The notes: generated from the letters alone by a model not told the origin. Positions 31,895-43,027 are shown, counted from the stretch's first letter. The stretch is 64,000 nt of DNA from an uncultured Methanosarcinaceae archaeon (GCA_963847185.1 CAWJYV010000007.1:384001-448000), one strand, 5' to 3'. Program-made: numbers and translations.

Positions 31895-34081
31895 CTATAA
31901 ATTGACCTCGTTTCGTTTATCTCTACCTGTCGGAATTGTAAATGCGAAAATACTCCCTTCCCCGGGATTACTCCGAAACCATATATATCCGCCATGTAGA
32001 TGGACAATCTGCTTAACTAGCGAGAGGCCAAGTCCGGCTCCCTGGTATTCTTTGGAGGAAAAGGAATTTACCTGACTAAAAGGTTTGAAGAGCTTGCTCT
32101 GATCCTCAACTTTAATACCAACTCCTGCATCTTTAACCGTTATTTCCACTAAAGGTCCCTTGGCTCTTGCGCTTACTTCTACAAGACCGTTTTCGTAAGA
32201 AAACTTTATAGCATTGTCCAGAAGGTTATACATTATCTGAGCAAATCTAGCTTCATCGGCATAGATGGTGGTAAGGTTGCTATCTATAGCGATTTCAATT
32301 TTAATATTTTTCTTATCTGCTATAGGGGCCAAGATCTTTTTTACTGTTTGAAGCTTATCCGCAAGCTCAATCTCTTCATAATCAAGCTCCATTTTTCCGG
32401 CTTCTACTCTTGAGAGATCCAGAATGCTATTGATAAGATCCAGAAGGTGTTTTCCACTCTTTGAAATATTCACCACAGATTTTAGTTGTTTTTCATTTAA
32501 TTCCCCATACGCCTGTTCAGACAGGAGGTCAGAAAATCCTATTATCGAGTTAAGTGGGGTCCTCAATTCATGGCTCATATTAGCCAGGAACTCACTTTTG
32601 GTACGATTCGCAATTTCTGCTAATTGTTTTTCCTGAAGAAGTTTCTCTGCTTCTTTCTTTTTGGTAATGTCTCTACAGGTTTCGAGAACCCCTACAATTT
32701 TTCCATCTTCATCAGCTACCGGAGTAGCCTGAACAAACCATGAACTGCCGTCCTCTGCAGTAAATTCACCTGAGCTTTTATTACCTGTTAGAAAAATCTG
32801 TTCAATTTGCAGGTATTCAGATAAGGGACCACTTATGCCTGGAGTATCTTTAAGGCGTACTCCTACGGCTTCTTGAAGGTTTATTTTCATCTGTTCAAGA
32901 GCGGCCTTATTTGCCCAGACAATGTCAAGTCTGGGGCTTATAAAAACAACAAGTTCACTTAGAGAGTCAAGTAAAGCTTTATTTTCCTTTTCTTGAGCTT
33001 TTAGTTCCTGCTCTTTCTGGTATTCTTGTTTTGTCAAATAGATTTCATTTAACATCCCGTTTATCTCTCTTGAGAGACGATAAAGTTCATCGTTATCTTT
33101 AAGAGGTAATCTTTTGGAAAAATTTTCTTCCGATCGGGCTCTTGCAACAAAATTCTCGATTCCAACTAACCTTGAGATAAATAATCTATCAAGCGAAACT
33201 TTAACTCCAACTCCTGTCATAAGTCCGGTCAGCAAAAGGAAAAAATACATATAATTAAGGTTTTTCTTGCCATGTTTATAGAGGTCCCTTGGGAAGTCCG
33301 CTCTCATCACAATGGCAGGCTTGCCTGAAATATCCTTTAATTCGAAATACCCTGCTACTCGCTCTTTATCTAGAGGTTCGATAATTGCCTTTCCCGGAGT
33401 CTTGGAAAAATTATTAATTTTTGTCCGGAATTCAGGGGGCATATTTCTATCGGCCCTGTACATCAAAAGAGAAGATTGAGTAGCCTTGTTGAAATAATCA
33501 AGAAGAAGGCTGTCAAAGTATCTCCCGAAAATCAAAGTGCCCTTCACAGGACCCGTGTGATTTGTCGTAAGAATGGGATGGCATGAAACAAACATTGGGC
33601 TTTCATCGAGTAATACGAAACCTCTTACAGTATCATGTTCAGATTTTGTAATAAGAGTGCCATCGTCTATCACGTCGAGAAGATCTTGTGGAACCGGTCT
33701 CTCTTCTCCACTATATATGTCTATAAATTTTGCATAAACGATGGACCCAGAGTTATTAACGAAAAGCATCACATTAATTCTTAGTCCTGCAAGAGTCTGG
33801 TTCTGAATGTCTACATCTATAAATTTCTGATTTCTATCTTCGATAAACCTGTAAGTATCATCCCAGCATGCCCAGTCCTGAACTATTTGATCAAGATATA
33901 TCTGTTCAGTAGACACCGTATTTTGTACTTTTTCTACATCCTCTAATGTGTCCGCCTGTTCAAGCTCCAAAAAATTGGAAAGCTGCATATCGTGAGTAAA
34001 CGTAAATACAACAGTAAGAGCGGCAAAAATTAGTAGGGTTATTATAAGAACCTTTTTAGTAATATCTATTGCGGACACCAC
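31895..34081 (-). CDS. CHASE4-HAMP-PAS sensor histidine kinase
   Basis: DWACWDDTY CHASE4, FLANMSHELRTPL, NLLDNAIKF, GAGLGL. Confidence 0.93.
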   Translation of the reverse strand: MVSAIDITKKVLIITLLIFAALTVVFTFTHDMQLSNFLELEQADTLEDVEKVQNTVSTEQIYLDQIVQDWACWDDTYRFIEDRNQKFIDVDIQNQTLAGLRINVMLFVNNSGSIVYAKFIDIYSGEERPVPQDLLDVIDDGTLITKSEHDTVRGFVLLDESPMFVSCHPILTTNHTGPVKGTLIFGRYFDSLLLDYFNKATQSSLLMYRADRNMPPEFRTKINNFSKTPGKAIIEPLDKERVAGYFELKDISGKPAIVMRADFPRDLYKHGKKNLNYMYFFLLLTGLMTGVGVKVSLDRLFISRLVGIENFVARARSEENFSKRLPLKDNDELYRLSREINGMLNEIYLTKQEYQKEQELKAQEKENKALLDSLSELVVFISPRLDIVWANKAALEQMKINLQEAVGVRLKDTPGISGPLSEYLQIEQIFLTGNKSSGEFTAEDGSSWFVQATPVADEDGKIVGVLETCRDITKKKEAEKLLQEKQLAEIANRTKSEFLANMSHELRTPLNSIIGFSDLLSEQAYGELNEKQLKSVVNISKSGKHLLDLINSILDLSRVEAGKMELDYEEIELADKLQTVKKILAPIADKKNIKIEIAIDSNLTTIYADEARFAQIMYNLLDNAIKFSYENGLVEVSARAKGPLVEITVKDAGVGIKVEDQSKLFKPFSQVNSFSSKEYQGAGLGLSLVKQIVHLHGGYIWFRSNPGEGSIFAFTIPTGRDKRNEVNL

Positions 34082-35173
34082 ACAGATTGTTAATAATCGG
34101 TAGCTTACAAGTGTGTCTGTTTAAATCAAAAAGAAATGGCCCTTAATACAAAATTAAAGAGATAGTTAGATCAAATTTAAAATTAATTGTCATTTATATT
34201 TGCAATATTATTTCGTGATTATATATAAATATTTAGAGTGAATTTAAAAAAGCATTAATAATAATTTAATTATATTCATCAATCAAAGTGGAAGTGATGT
34301 ATCCTGTTACGGGAAACGAATATTCTACTGAAATGCATCCCAATTCTAGAGTTTGCTATTAATAGAAATATGCACTCTTGTTGGTCAATCCTCAAGATTA
34401 AAAACTTCTGAATGGTTGTAATCGAATTTATATGGGTTGTAATCGAATTATCGACATTTCATCGCTGATACGACACTAGACAGAAATAGGTAGTTCCATT
34501 CATTGAATACAGATCTAAAAGGAAAGAATAGGAAAGGGTCAGTTTCACAAAATGCTGGTAATTTTTCAGCTGGGAAAACGGAATGTTCATGAAAGTACCA
34601 CATTTTTATCGGTTGTAGGTTGCTTGACAAGACCCTCTTTCAAATTCTTCCAATCCTTTCAAGGACATCTGATAAATAATAATATATTTTTAAAGCATAA
34701 GAACCTTATTTACTCAATAATTGCATAGAAAAAAAAGAAAAACATATATACTTGAGAAACTATCGATATGTCAGTAGCGTGGGATCAAAAAACTATACGA
34801 ACAGACCAAAAAGTGTGCCATCAATAAGGAGTTTTATATAATTCCCCCATGTTACTTCCTTTTAACTTTAATTTTTGGCATTCCTTTGTTGCTTATGTTT
34901 AAGAATTTTATCATTTTTTAGATAAAAGCAAATCTTGAGAAACTTGAAACATGATTTTCTAAGGTTCGAATTTTTGATATTTTTTGAGATTTTTGATTTC
35001 CCCATTCTATCTTTGCTTTTTTAGGGTAATCCTTATTCTTCATCAGAAAAAATTAGATCATCTTCGAAGGAGCAAATAGCATTTGCAAACCAAAAACCGA
35101 AATAAATTTCGAGTTTAGAAGAAAATAATAAGTTCTGAAAGTCAAAGTAGATTGTTCAGAAAAACTCGAAAGC

Positions 35174-35818
35174 TCATTCAGGTATAAGACTTTTCAAATA
35201 ATCAAGAAGAGCGGTATGGTTTTCAAGTACAAGATCGGCATGCTGAATCTTTTCAGGCTCAAGCATACTTGCAACTGCTACGCAATAAAGTCCGGCTCTT
35301 TTGGCTGCAATTATACCTAGAGGTGCATTTTCAACTACAACACATTCGTTCTTTGTCACATCAAGTTTCTCAACAGCTTTAAGATAAGGGTCGGGATCAG
35401 GCTTTCCACGTTCCAAATCACTCCCGTTAATGATAACTTCAAAGTAACCTGGAAAAAATTTACCTACAATTTTTGTTACTGTATTGACATTTGATCCGGA
35501 GACCATAGCAAGCCTGAAATGCTTCTTTAATTCATCAAGACAGTCCAGAACACCTTGAAAAGGCTTTATCTCATCAAACTCCAGAAACTCACGTTTTCTT
35601 TCAGGAAGTTGCTCGAAATGCCAGGATTCAGGCTCTTTGCCAGCCTTTTCAAATATTGCTTTAATCAACCTTGCGTCGTTTGAGCCCTCAAGTTCATAAA
35701 TATCTTCCCTGGTAATGGTAATGCCAATTTCCTTGAAGGCTTTAGCCCAGGCATCGGCTTGAAAAAACATGGAATCCACAAGAACCCCATCCACATCAAA
35801 AATTATCGCTTTTAACAT
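35174..35818 (-). CDS. HAD-family phosphatase (beta-PGM-like)
   Basis: FDVDGVLVDS, GKPDPDPY, VVENAPLG. Confidence 0.9.
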   Translation of the reverse strand: MLKAIIFDVDGVLVDSMFFQADAWAKAFKEIGITITREDIYELEGSNDARLIKAIFEKAGKEPESWHFEQLPERKREFLEFDEIKPFQGVLDCLDELKKHFRLAMVSGSNVNTVTKIVGKFFPGYFEVIINGSDLERGKPDPDPYLKAVEKLDVTKNECVVVENAPLGIIAAKRAGLYCVAVASMLEPEKIQHADLVLENHTALLDYLKSLIPE

Positions 35819-35926
35819 CTAGTCATAGATTGTTGTAATCTATAATAAATTTTGTGAAAATAATCTTTCAAGGAATTCTCTATATAGAAATATCTCAAGT
35901 TTTTAGCTAAATAAGGACTTATTCTT

Positions 35927-36124
35927 TTATTTGTTATACTTATCGTAAATATAGCCGCCCAGCCAGTAACCTAGAATGGCAAACGCAGCGGTACCTGGAG
36001 CATAAAAAGGGACTTTAGATTCTGGAAGGTGGATGAATAAATTGAAAAATAGAAGATATGAAATCAAAAAAATTATAAATCCGCTTAGTTGTACCTGTAT
36101 TTTTGTTATATGCAGGTTTATCAA
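35927..36124 (-). CDS. Small two-TM membrane protein
   Basis: Two hydrophobic segments, GGGGG RBS; start uncertain. Confidence 0.55.
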   Translation of the reverse strand: MINLHITKIQVQLSGFIIFLISYLLFFNLFIHLPESKVPFYAPGTAAFAILGYWLGGYIYDKYNK

Positions 36125-36194
36125 ACCCCCCTCTTCCAATCTATAAATATAGAAATCTCAGATCTTTGGCATGTGCTTACAAGCTTTCACTTTT

Positions 36195-36340
36195 TTACTC
36201 TATTTTTCATTTCTTCTTCATTTTTATTCTTCACTTTCTTCTTCATTTTTATTCTTCACTTTTTTCTTCAGATGCTTCTTCACTTCCCTTCTCCATTTTA
36301 TTCTTCAATGTTTCTTCACTTTCCTTCTTCACTTTTTTTC
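36195..36340. repeat. Pyrimidine-rich degenerate repeats (TTCTTCATTTTTATTCTTCACT) at the msrB 3' end
   Basis: Directly visible. Confidence 0.7.
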
Positions 36341-36744
36341 TTCTCTCCTTCTTTCTTGAACTCAAGAGAAACAGAGTTGATGCAGTAACGTTTCCCCGTA
36401 GGTGCAGGCCCGTCTTCAAAAACATGCCCCAGGTGGCTTCCACAACGGGAACAGACTACCTCGATCCTGTTCATGAAGTGGCTGGTGTCTTCTTTGAGCC
36501 TTACCTTGTCGCTGGAAATCGCATCGTAGAAACTTGGCCAGCCAGTTCCTGACTCAAACTTGGTATCTGAAGAAAATAGTTCTTGCCCGCAGGCAGCGCA
36601 TGTATAGACTCCTTTTTCCTTGTTATAATACAGGTTGCCGGAAAAAGGTCTCTCTGTACCTTTCTGCCTCAGGACATTATATTGTTCAGGAGTAAGAACT
36701 TTCTTCCATTCCTCTTCTGATATTTCGGTTTTATTCTCTGCCAG
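36316..36744 (-). CDS. msrB: Peptide-methionine (R)-S-oxide reductase
   Basis: GTERPF, CAAC, GTGWPSF, HLGHVF, RYCINS; start codon uncertain (CTG 36744 or TTG 36750). Confidence 0.93.
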   Translation of the reverse strand: MAENKTEISEEEWKKVLTPEQYNVLRQKGTERPFSGNLYYNKEKGVYTCAACGQELFSSDTKFESGTGWPSFYDAISSDKVRLKEDTSHFMNRIEVVCSRCGSHLGHVFEDGPAPTGKRYCINSVSLEFKKEGEKKKSEEGK

Positions 36745-36822
36745 TCGCAAACCCCCTTTATACATATGAATTAGCCATTCCTGAAATATTATATTTTTCT
36801 TCTGAGCAGGCAAATTGTATAC

Positions 36823-38034
36823 TCATTCATGCCTGAGCGAATCTACAGGTTTCATGTTTGCGGCCTTCCTTGCCGGATAGACCCCTGATACAAAGCCCAC
36901 AAAAACGGCTACCAGGAATCCGGCTATTATCAGGCTGAACGGGAATACTACAGGAAGATTAAGGGAACTTTCCACTCCGTAGGCACCTGCAATACCTAAG
37001 GTGCTTCCAATAACTCCTCCGAAGACTCCGAGCAGAATTGACTCCACCATAAAAAGGAAAAGGATATCAAAGCCGGTAAAACCAAGAGACTTGAGCACCC
37101 CTATCTCCCTTGTCCTTTCAGTTACGCTTACAAGCATGATATTCATGATCCCTATTGAACCTACAAGGAGGGAAATCAAGGCAACTGTTGTTAGAAACGA
37201 ACTGAGCGCCGCTGCCATCATATCAGTCTGCTCTAAAACTTCGGCCTGGTTGATGAGCATATAGGGCCGTGCCTCTTTGTCTTCAAACTCTCTGTCGGCA
37301 ATCCCGAAGTTCCGGGCAAGGCGTTTGTCCACTTCATCCGAAGTATTCTCAATGGTTGCAGGGTCATCAGCCATTGCAAAAACTCCACCATAGTCCGTTT
37401 CTCCAAGGATTTCGTTCATTACATGGATAGGGATCAGCACAGCTTCGTTATCGTCATATGCCTGGATAAAGGTGTTTTCTGGATTCTGGATTATTCCTTT
37501 AACCCTGAAGGTCTTTGTAACGGTCTCGTTTTCCCCTACCCTGAAACTTATATTTATAGAGTTTCGGACTGAGATGTTCCGATCAAACTTTTCATTTGCA
37601 ACGTCGTGCCCGATGACAGCTACATATCCGTCGTTGTCGTTAATGAAAGTCCCTTTCTGGAGTTTGGTATTCGCCACTTCGTCGTAATCCGCCCCTACTC
37701 CGCTTACCATTATATTTTTAGTCTGGGACATGTACGTAACTTCCGCAGTCTGGGATTTCAAAGGTGAAACTCCGGAGATTCCAGGAGTATTTTCAACGAG
37801 CTTCATCTCATCATCGTAGAAAATTTTTGGTTCCATCCCCTGAATGTAAATGAAATTCGACCCTATATTGGTTACCTCATTTGTAAAATGCTGGTTGAAA
37901 CTTGCCCCAAGGGACACATTAGCAATTACAGCCGCAACTCCGATAACGATTCCAAGCACGGTAAGGGTTGAGCGCATCTTTGCGCTTTTAATGCTTCCAA
38001 GCGCTATTTTTCCTGCACTTAAAGGGGGGATCAT
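36823..38034 (-). CDS. ABC transporter permease, MacB/FtsX family
   Basis: RSTLTVLGIVIGV, GIMNIMLVSVTERTREIG, GVYPARKAA. Confidence 0.92.
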   Translation of the reverse strand: MIPPLSAGKIALGSIKSAKMRSTLTVLGIVIGVAAVIANVSLGASFNQHFTNEVTNIGSNFIYIQGMEPKIFYDDEMKLVENTPGISGVSPLKSQTAEVTYMSQTKNIMVSGVGADYDEVANTKLQKGTFINDNDGYVAVIGHDVANEKFDRNISVRNSINISFRVGENETVTKTFRVKGIIQNPENTFIQAYDDNEAVLIPIHVMNEILGETDYGGVFAMADDPATIENTSDEVDKRLARNFGIADREFEDKEARPYMLINQAEVLEQTDMMAAALSSFLTTVALISLLVGSIGIMNIMLVSVTERTREIGVLKSLGFTGFDILFLFMVESILLGVFGGVIGSTLGIAGAYGVESSLNLPVVFPFSLIIAGFLVAVFVGFVSGVYPARKAANMKPVDSLRHE

Positions 38035-38173
38035 GAATTAGGGCTCCGTTTTAAGTTTTTTGGGAAGGATAAAAGTCAAGAATTAAAATCAAAGCTTATT
38101 TTCCTTAACTTTCTTTAAATGAATCTATTAAACATATAAATCCTGCTGAATAGAAAAGCTAGAGTCACATAAT

Positions 38174-38221
38174 AAGGAAATAAATACCTGGTACAGGAAG
38201 GAAATAAATACCTGGTACAGG
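38174..38221. repeat. Perfect 24-bp direct duplication AAGGAAATAAATACCTGGTACAGG
   Basis: Directly visible upstream of GNAT gene. Confidence 0.9.
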
Positions 38222-38259
38222 ATAACAAATGTTTGCGAATAAATATTAGAGGACGTATA

Positions 38260-38784
38260 ATGACTTTTAATATCCGCCCCGAAATCCCATTCGATTACCC
38301 TGCAATAACCGAAGTAAACGACCTTGCTTTCGGATAGCCTGCTGAGGGGAAACTCGTTGAAAACCTCAGGAAAAACCCCAAATTTGTCCCTGAACTTTCA
38401 CTTGTAGCTGAAGCTGATGGAAAAATCGTTGGTCACATTCTCTTGTTCCCGATAATAATCAGATCAGCAACAGGAGAGGAAAAGGAGACGATTTCACTTG
38501 CTCCGGTGGCAGTTAGGCCAGATTTTCAGAAAAAAGGTATCGGGGAAGAACTTATAAAGGAAGGGCTTAAGTCTTCCGACAGACAGTTCGGATATGATTC
38601 TGTTATAGTTCTCGGGCATCCTGAGTACTATCCGAAGTTTGGGTTCAAAAAGGCTGGCTCATGGGGAATAAAAGATCCTTTTGGTGCGCCGGCTGAAGCT
38701 TTTATGGCACTGGAATTAAAGGAAGGAGCTCTTAAAGGCGCAGGCGGGGTTGTAGAATATCCTGAAGAGTTCAATAGCGTGTAA
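38260..38784 (+). CDS. GNAT acetyltransferase (YhbS-like) with in-frame TAG at codon 26
   Basis: MTFNIRPE...AFG*PAEGKLVENLR...LAPVAVRPDFQKKGIG...VLGHPEYYPKFGF; GAGGA RBS; TAG at 38335-38337. Confidence 0.8.
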
Positions 38785-38936
38785 AGAAGAATTAAAAATC
38801 CGAAATTAACAGATCTAAAATCAAATAGCATGAAATCAAAATCTAAAATCCTTGCTTCTTGGTTTTGATCACTCAGATTATTTTCACATCAAATTGCTTT
38901 TCGCATCAGATTACTTCACATGAGCTTATTCTTTTT

Positions 38937-39054
38937 TAGGACTTACGCACTTGATGTTCAAAATCAATATCAATAGACCTCACTAATAAATCGATGCTTT
39001 AGACAGTTGAAGGTTTGAGGCTGTTGATTATTCAGTTCAACCGCGTAAGTTCTA
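38937..39054. mobile_element. MITE, TAGGACTTACGCA-end family
   Basis: TIRs TAGGACTTACGCACTTGA / TCAACCGCGTAAGTTCTA (15/18), no ORF. Confidence 0.75.
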
Positions 39055-39125
39055 TTTTTATAATTTTGCAGGAAATAGAATGGGAAATAATCCAATGAAA
39101 TTTCTGTACAAAAAATAGAAGAATT

Positions 39126-39731
39126 TCAGAGCGAAGGCGTAAGGCTTGACTCGATTTTTCTGTACTCCGGGCCTGGAAGACAAGGAACTGATATCATTTT
39201 CCCAAGGTCTCTTACTTTTTCCAGAAGCTGGGGCCGGGAGGAAATTTCAAGTTTATCCGTGCCTGCTGCAATAACCGTCTCAATCACATCAAAACCCAGA
39301 TAGTAAAAGAGACCTGCTGTATATTCGATATAGTGTTTGAAGGCATCTCTATCCGAGCTACCCTGGGAAAAAACGAGAATTAATTTTTTGTTATCAAGTC
39401 TGCTCGAGAAGTTGGGCCTTAAAAAGGCTGTCAGTCGGTCAATAAATATTTTAGTCTGTCCAGTCATCTGCCACAGATAGATCGGAGAGCCAAGTACAAC
39501 AGTATCCGCATCTTTAATTTCTTTGTAAATCTCTTGCATATCATCATTTATTACGCAGAATCCTGATTCCTGGCATCTGCGACAGGCATCACAGCCTCTT
39601 ATCTCCAGAGAAGCCAGGTTATAAATTACTTTCTCGGCTCCATTTTCGGCAGCACCTTCGAGAATTGAGTTGACAAGCTTTGCAGTATTTCCATTATTAT
39701 TCGGACTACCCACCAATCCAAGGACTTTAAT
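39126..39731 (-). CDS. Flavodoxin/iron-sulfur flavoprotein (NADPH-dependent FMN reductase family), apparent ATT start
   Basis: KVLGLVGSP..GNT, CDACRRC...C, GSPIY, KIFIDR. Confidence 0.85.
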   Translation of the reverse strand: MKVLGLVGSPNNNGNTAKLVNSILEGAAENGAEKVIYNLASLEIRGCDACRRCQESGFCVINDDMQEIYKEIKDADTVVLGSPIYLWQMTGQTKIFIDRLTAFLRPNFSSRLDNKKLILVFSQGSSDRDAFKHYIEYTAGLFYYLGFDVIETVIAAGTDKLEISSRPQLLEKVRDLGKMISVPCLPGPEYRKIESSLTPSL

Positions 39732-39997
39732 GCTAGAACCCCCGTTTGAATATTTAAAAGGATAAATCTCACTCAGAAATAAACAAAAGTATAAATGATC
39801 GGTCAGAATAAAAATGTTTCTCCTGTCTATGCAGCAAAATAGTGGTACCAAAAATCTCCCTAGAAGAGGAATAATTAGGAAAATATAAGGGAAAATGAAG
39901 GAAAAGAGAAAATAGCTCTCCTTCATAAAGAAGAAATTAATTTCATTTTCTCCATTTTTATTTTTTCCTTTTGCCCCTTCTTTACGTTTTTGCTTTT

Positions 39998-42124
39998 TTA
40001 TTTTCTCTTTGCTTTTAAGGCGGCAAAAACCCCAAGACTTGCAAGTAATGCAGAAGTCATTCTAAATCCGTGTACTTGAAACCCATCATCTTCTGGTTGT
40101 GACGCCTGGGGCAAAGCTGTGTAGGTTTCATAATTGGAAATAGAAACTCCAAGAAAAGCAGAATCATTTGAATAATAATTTGCAAGGTTTTTGATAAGTT
40201 TCTGTATCGATACCTTATTCTCAAAGCCTTCTCCTACAGATACTTCTATTAGCCCTTTTGAACCCATACCTCTAATTTCCCCCATCTGAGGGGCAATGGA
40301 ATCAACTATACTGGATTCTGAATTCAGCTTTTCAGTCTCTTTATCATAAGCTCTGATCATGAAAAAATTGACTAACGGAGCTATTTCATCAATATTTGTT
40401 ACAGGATACTGAGATGGAATACTTGCCGAAACAGATACATTGCCTCTGGCTTTTTCATATGCAGTCTCAAAGAGCGTTCTGTAGTCCGTATAATTATTTC
40501 CAGATTCTTCTTTAACAGAGGATTTTACGTAAATATTAATTCCGTCAAAGGGTGCAAGAGACTTATTATTGTAATCGAATACCGAGTTTAAAGACTCCTG
40601 GAAGTTTTGCAAATCCGTGTCCTCTGAGAAATTGGAATCTTCCAGAATCACGGCGTGTACGGCAATTCCTTTTTCATGAGCTTTCTTTACAAAACGTTCA
40701 TATTGCCAGACATTTTCACTTCCCACGCTCAGGAAAATGGTGTTTATACCTGATGAATTGAGTTCCTGTGAAAGGGTTTGAATATCAAACTGATATGGAG
40801 AAGAAAGTTTTATTCCAGAAACAGTGACATGGTATTCAGGAAAGGATGTATTTGAGGTATTTGTTTCCTTTTTATTCTCGTTTTCCTGTGCCTGCGCAAT
40901 TCCTTCTTGAACAGAGCCCTCATAGCCTGGTTCTGATTCAGGAACATTTTCAGATTCAAAAACAGGTTCGGCTTGAGAAGAATTCCCAGAAATATTTTCA
41001 GAAATTTTTTTGTAGTTGATTTCTGAAATATTATCAGAATTATTTTCAGAATTGTTTCCAGAAATATCTTTCTTCGAAATATCTGATTCCAAACCGGTTG
41101 GAATAAATACCGTTGGTTCTATCTCTATATACTTTCTTACATAAACATATTCAACTGTCATATCTCCTGTATTCTTCGAAGAATCTGAATCCGATTCTGT
41201 GTAAAGATAAATATGCATACGGGAATTGGGAACAGCTTCATCTGAGGTATAGTCCATGCTCGAGTCACGGACACCATTTTTAAACCAGGCTATTTCCCGA
41301 TTCTCATTCCCCTTAAACCAGGCAACTCCCGAAACATACCATTGCCCTTCAGAAACACTGGTGTCAGTAAGGTCAGGGGAGTTATAATCTTCCTTTTTGG
41401 ATACTTCCCAGCTAACATAACTTTCATCGGCAAGTTTAGTTTTATGTGTGATTTGATTATTTTTGCTGTTTATCTGGTCTGTAAAACCCTGAAGCAGAAT
41501 AGGTCCCCTGCTATCTGTGCCGGTGGTAGTTTTTATTCTCTTTACTACAAACATAGAGTTAATGTCAAAAGTGTTTTTACTGTAGATTACAGAAGAGTCA
41601 TGAACATGCGCTTCAGGGGCTGAAATCTTACATTTTCCATTTTCGATCTCAATCGTTCCTCCACCTGTACTCTCGGTAGCCCATCTAAGCTCACTGAAAG
41701 TGCTATCCTCAAAATCATCGAAAAAATCAAACGTATCCTTTCCCCTGCTTTCATCCTCAGCCTCAGGATTTCCATACTTCATAAGAATAACATCTTTTTC
41801 TTTTGCAGGAAGGGAAGGGATCTTGACCCATATACGGGCTTCTTTGTTTTCAGATTCCCAGGTTTCAATCCAGTACTTTAGTTTCTTACTGTCGGAAAAA
41901 AAGCGGATGTCTGAACCGTCATTTTGTGCCTTTGAAAAATCGAAATTGGAAGAGTTCAAACTAACTGGGACAGGATAGTCTTCCAGGCTTTGACCGACAT
42001 TCTCAGTAACGATAATATCCTGGGAATACTCCCATTCGTCATCACTTTTAGCTAGGGTACACCCTGTGAAAGAAACTATCAATAAAACAGAAATGATCCC
42101 GCATACGATAAATCTTTTTTTCAT
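39998..42124 (-). CDS. DUF2341-domain surface protein with C-terminal PGF-CTERM-like anchor
   Basis: DGSDIRF...YWIE..IWVKIP DUF2341 motif; VHGF + TM + basic tail. Confidence 0.8.
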   Translation of the reverse strand: MKKRFIVCGIISVLLIVSFTGCTLAKSDDEWEYSQDIIVTENVGQSLEDYPVPVSLNSSNFDFSKAQNDGSDIRFFSDSKKLKYWIETWESENKEARIWVKIPSLPAKEKDVILMKYGNPEAEDESRGKDTFDFFDDFEDSTFSELRWATESTGGGTIEIENGKCKISAPEAHVHDSSVIYSKNTFDINSMFVVKRIKTTTGTDSRGPILLQGFTDQINSKNNQITHKTKLADESYVSWEVSKKEDYNSPDLTDTSVSEGQWYVSGVAWFKGNENREIAWFKNGVRDSSMDYTSDEAVPNSRMHIYLYTESDSDSSKNTGDMTVEYVYVRKYIEIEPTVFIPTGLESDISKKDISGNNSENNSDNISEINYKKISENISGNSSQAEPVFESENVPESEPGYEGSVQEGIAQAQENENKKETNTSNTSFPEYHVTVSGIKLSSPYQFDIQTLSQELNSSGINTIFLSVGSENVWQYERFVKKAHEKGIAVHAVILEDSNFSEDTDLQNFQESLNSVFDYNNKSLAPFDGINIYVKSSVKEESGNNYTDYRTLFETAYEKARGNVSVSASIPSQYPVTNIDEIAPLVNFFMIRAYDKETEKLNSESSIVDSIAPQMGEIRGMGSKGLIEVSVGEGFENKVSIQKLIKNLANYYSNDSAFLGVSISNYETYTALPQASQPEDDGFQVHGFRMTSALLASLGVFAALKAKRK

Positions 42125-42353
42125 ATGTAGCAGCCTCTAGTAAGCCCTTTATAAAACTCAAACAAGTAATATCAAGATTTTGGCAGGTACTAATTACTCC
42201 AAAACAATAGATCTTTTTAATAAATACTTATCGAAAATATTGGGATGATACTACAGAACCTTGATTAAAATAAGTTGAAATTGTAAAATGAAAAATGAAA
42301 AAAGAAAAGATAACCCGAAATGGTAATAAAGAAGCTTTCTAATTACAACTTCG

Positions 42354-42869
42354 ATGACTCTCCTATCCAGTAATGAACTGAGGAAGCTTCTCCAGATGAA
42401 GCCTCCTTTGATTGAAAACGCGGTTGATGTAGAAACCCAGATACAGCCTAACGGGCTTGAACTAACCTTGAAAGAGATAAAAACAATAGAAGGTCCTGGA
42501 GCTGTAGATTTTGATAATTCCGAAAGAAAGCTTCCGGATTCAAATAACCTTGAATTCGAGAGTGATGGGTGGGTCCATCTCCCTCCTGGTATTTATAAGG
42601 TACTTTTTAATGAGATTGTCAATATTCCCATGAACCTGGCTGCAATTGCAAAGCCCAGGTCAACTCTTATTCGATGTGGGGCCACTCTTGAAACTGCAGT
42701 ATGGGATGCAGGCTACAGGGGACGTAGCGAGTCAATGCTAGTAGTTTACAACACTGCAGGTTTCAGATTAAAGAAGGACGCCCGAATCATGCAGCTTCTA
42801 TTTTACACTCTGGAAGCAGAAGTCGAAAAAGGATATTCAGGTGTATACCAGAACGAAAATACAAAATAA
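42354..42869 (+). CDS. dut: Archaeal dUTPase (dCTP deaminase/dUTPase family)
   Basis: QIQPNG, PRSTLIR, WDAGYRG, YSGVYQ. Confidence 0.85.
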   Translation: MTLLSSNELRKLLQMKPPLIENAVDVETQIQPNGLELTLKEIKTIEGPGAVDFDNSERKLPDSNNLEFESDGWVHLPPGIYKVLFNEIVNIPMNLAAIAKPRSTLIRCGATLETAVWDAGYRGRSESMLVVYNTAGFRLKKDARIMQLLFYTLEAEVEKGYSGVYQNENTK

Positions 42870-43027
42870 GATTTTGATATAAGTTTTGTAAATTTCAGTT
42901 CTTAAATGCAGATTTATCCAAAATTGAAATAAAATAAATCTGAAGTGCAGCAATAGAAATAGTGGACGCGGCATCATTAAAAAATACAGATAAAGTATAT
43001 ATTATCTAATCCGCATATCACAGCCTT

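Noticed and set aside
36089-36552. Phe-rich ORFs
   Set aside because: Products of pyrimidine-rich repeat antisense to msrB
39732-39926. 65-aa N-terminal extension of flavoprotein
   Set aside because: Low-complexity intergenic sequence; family starts at KVLG with RBS there
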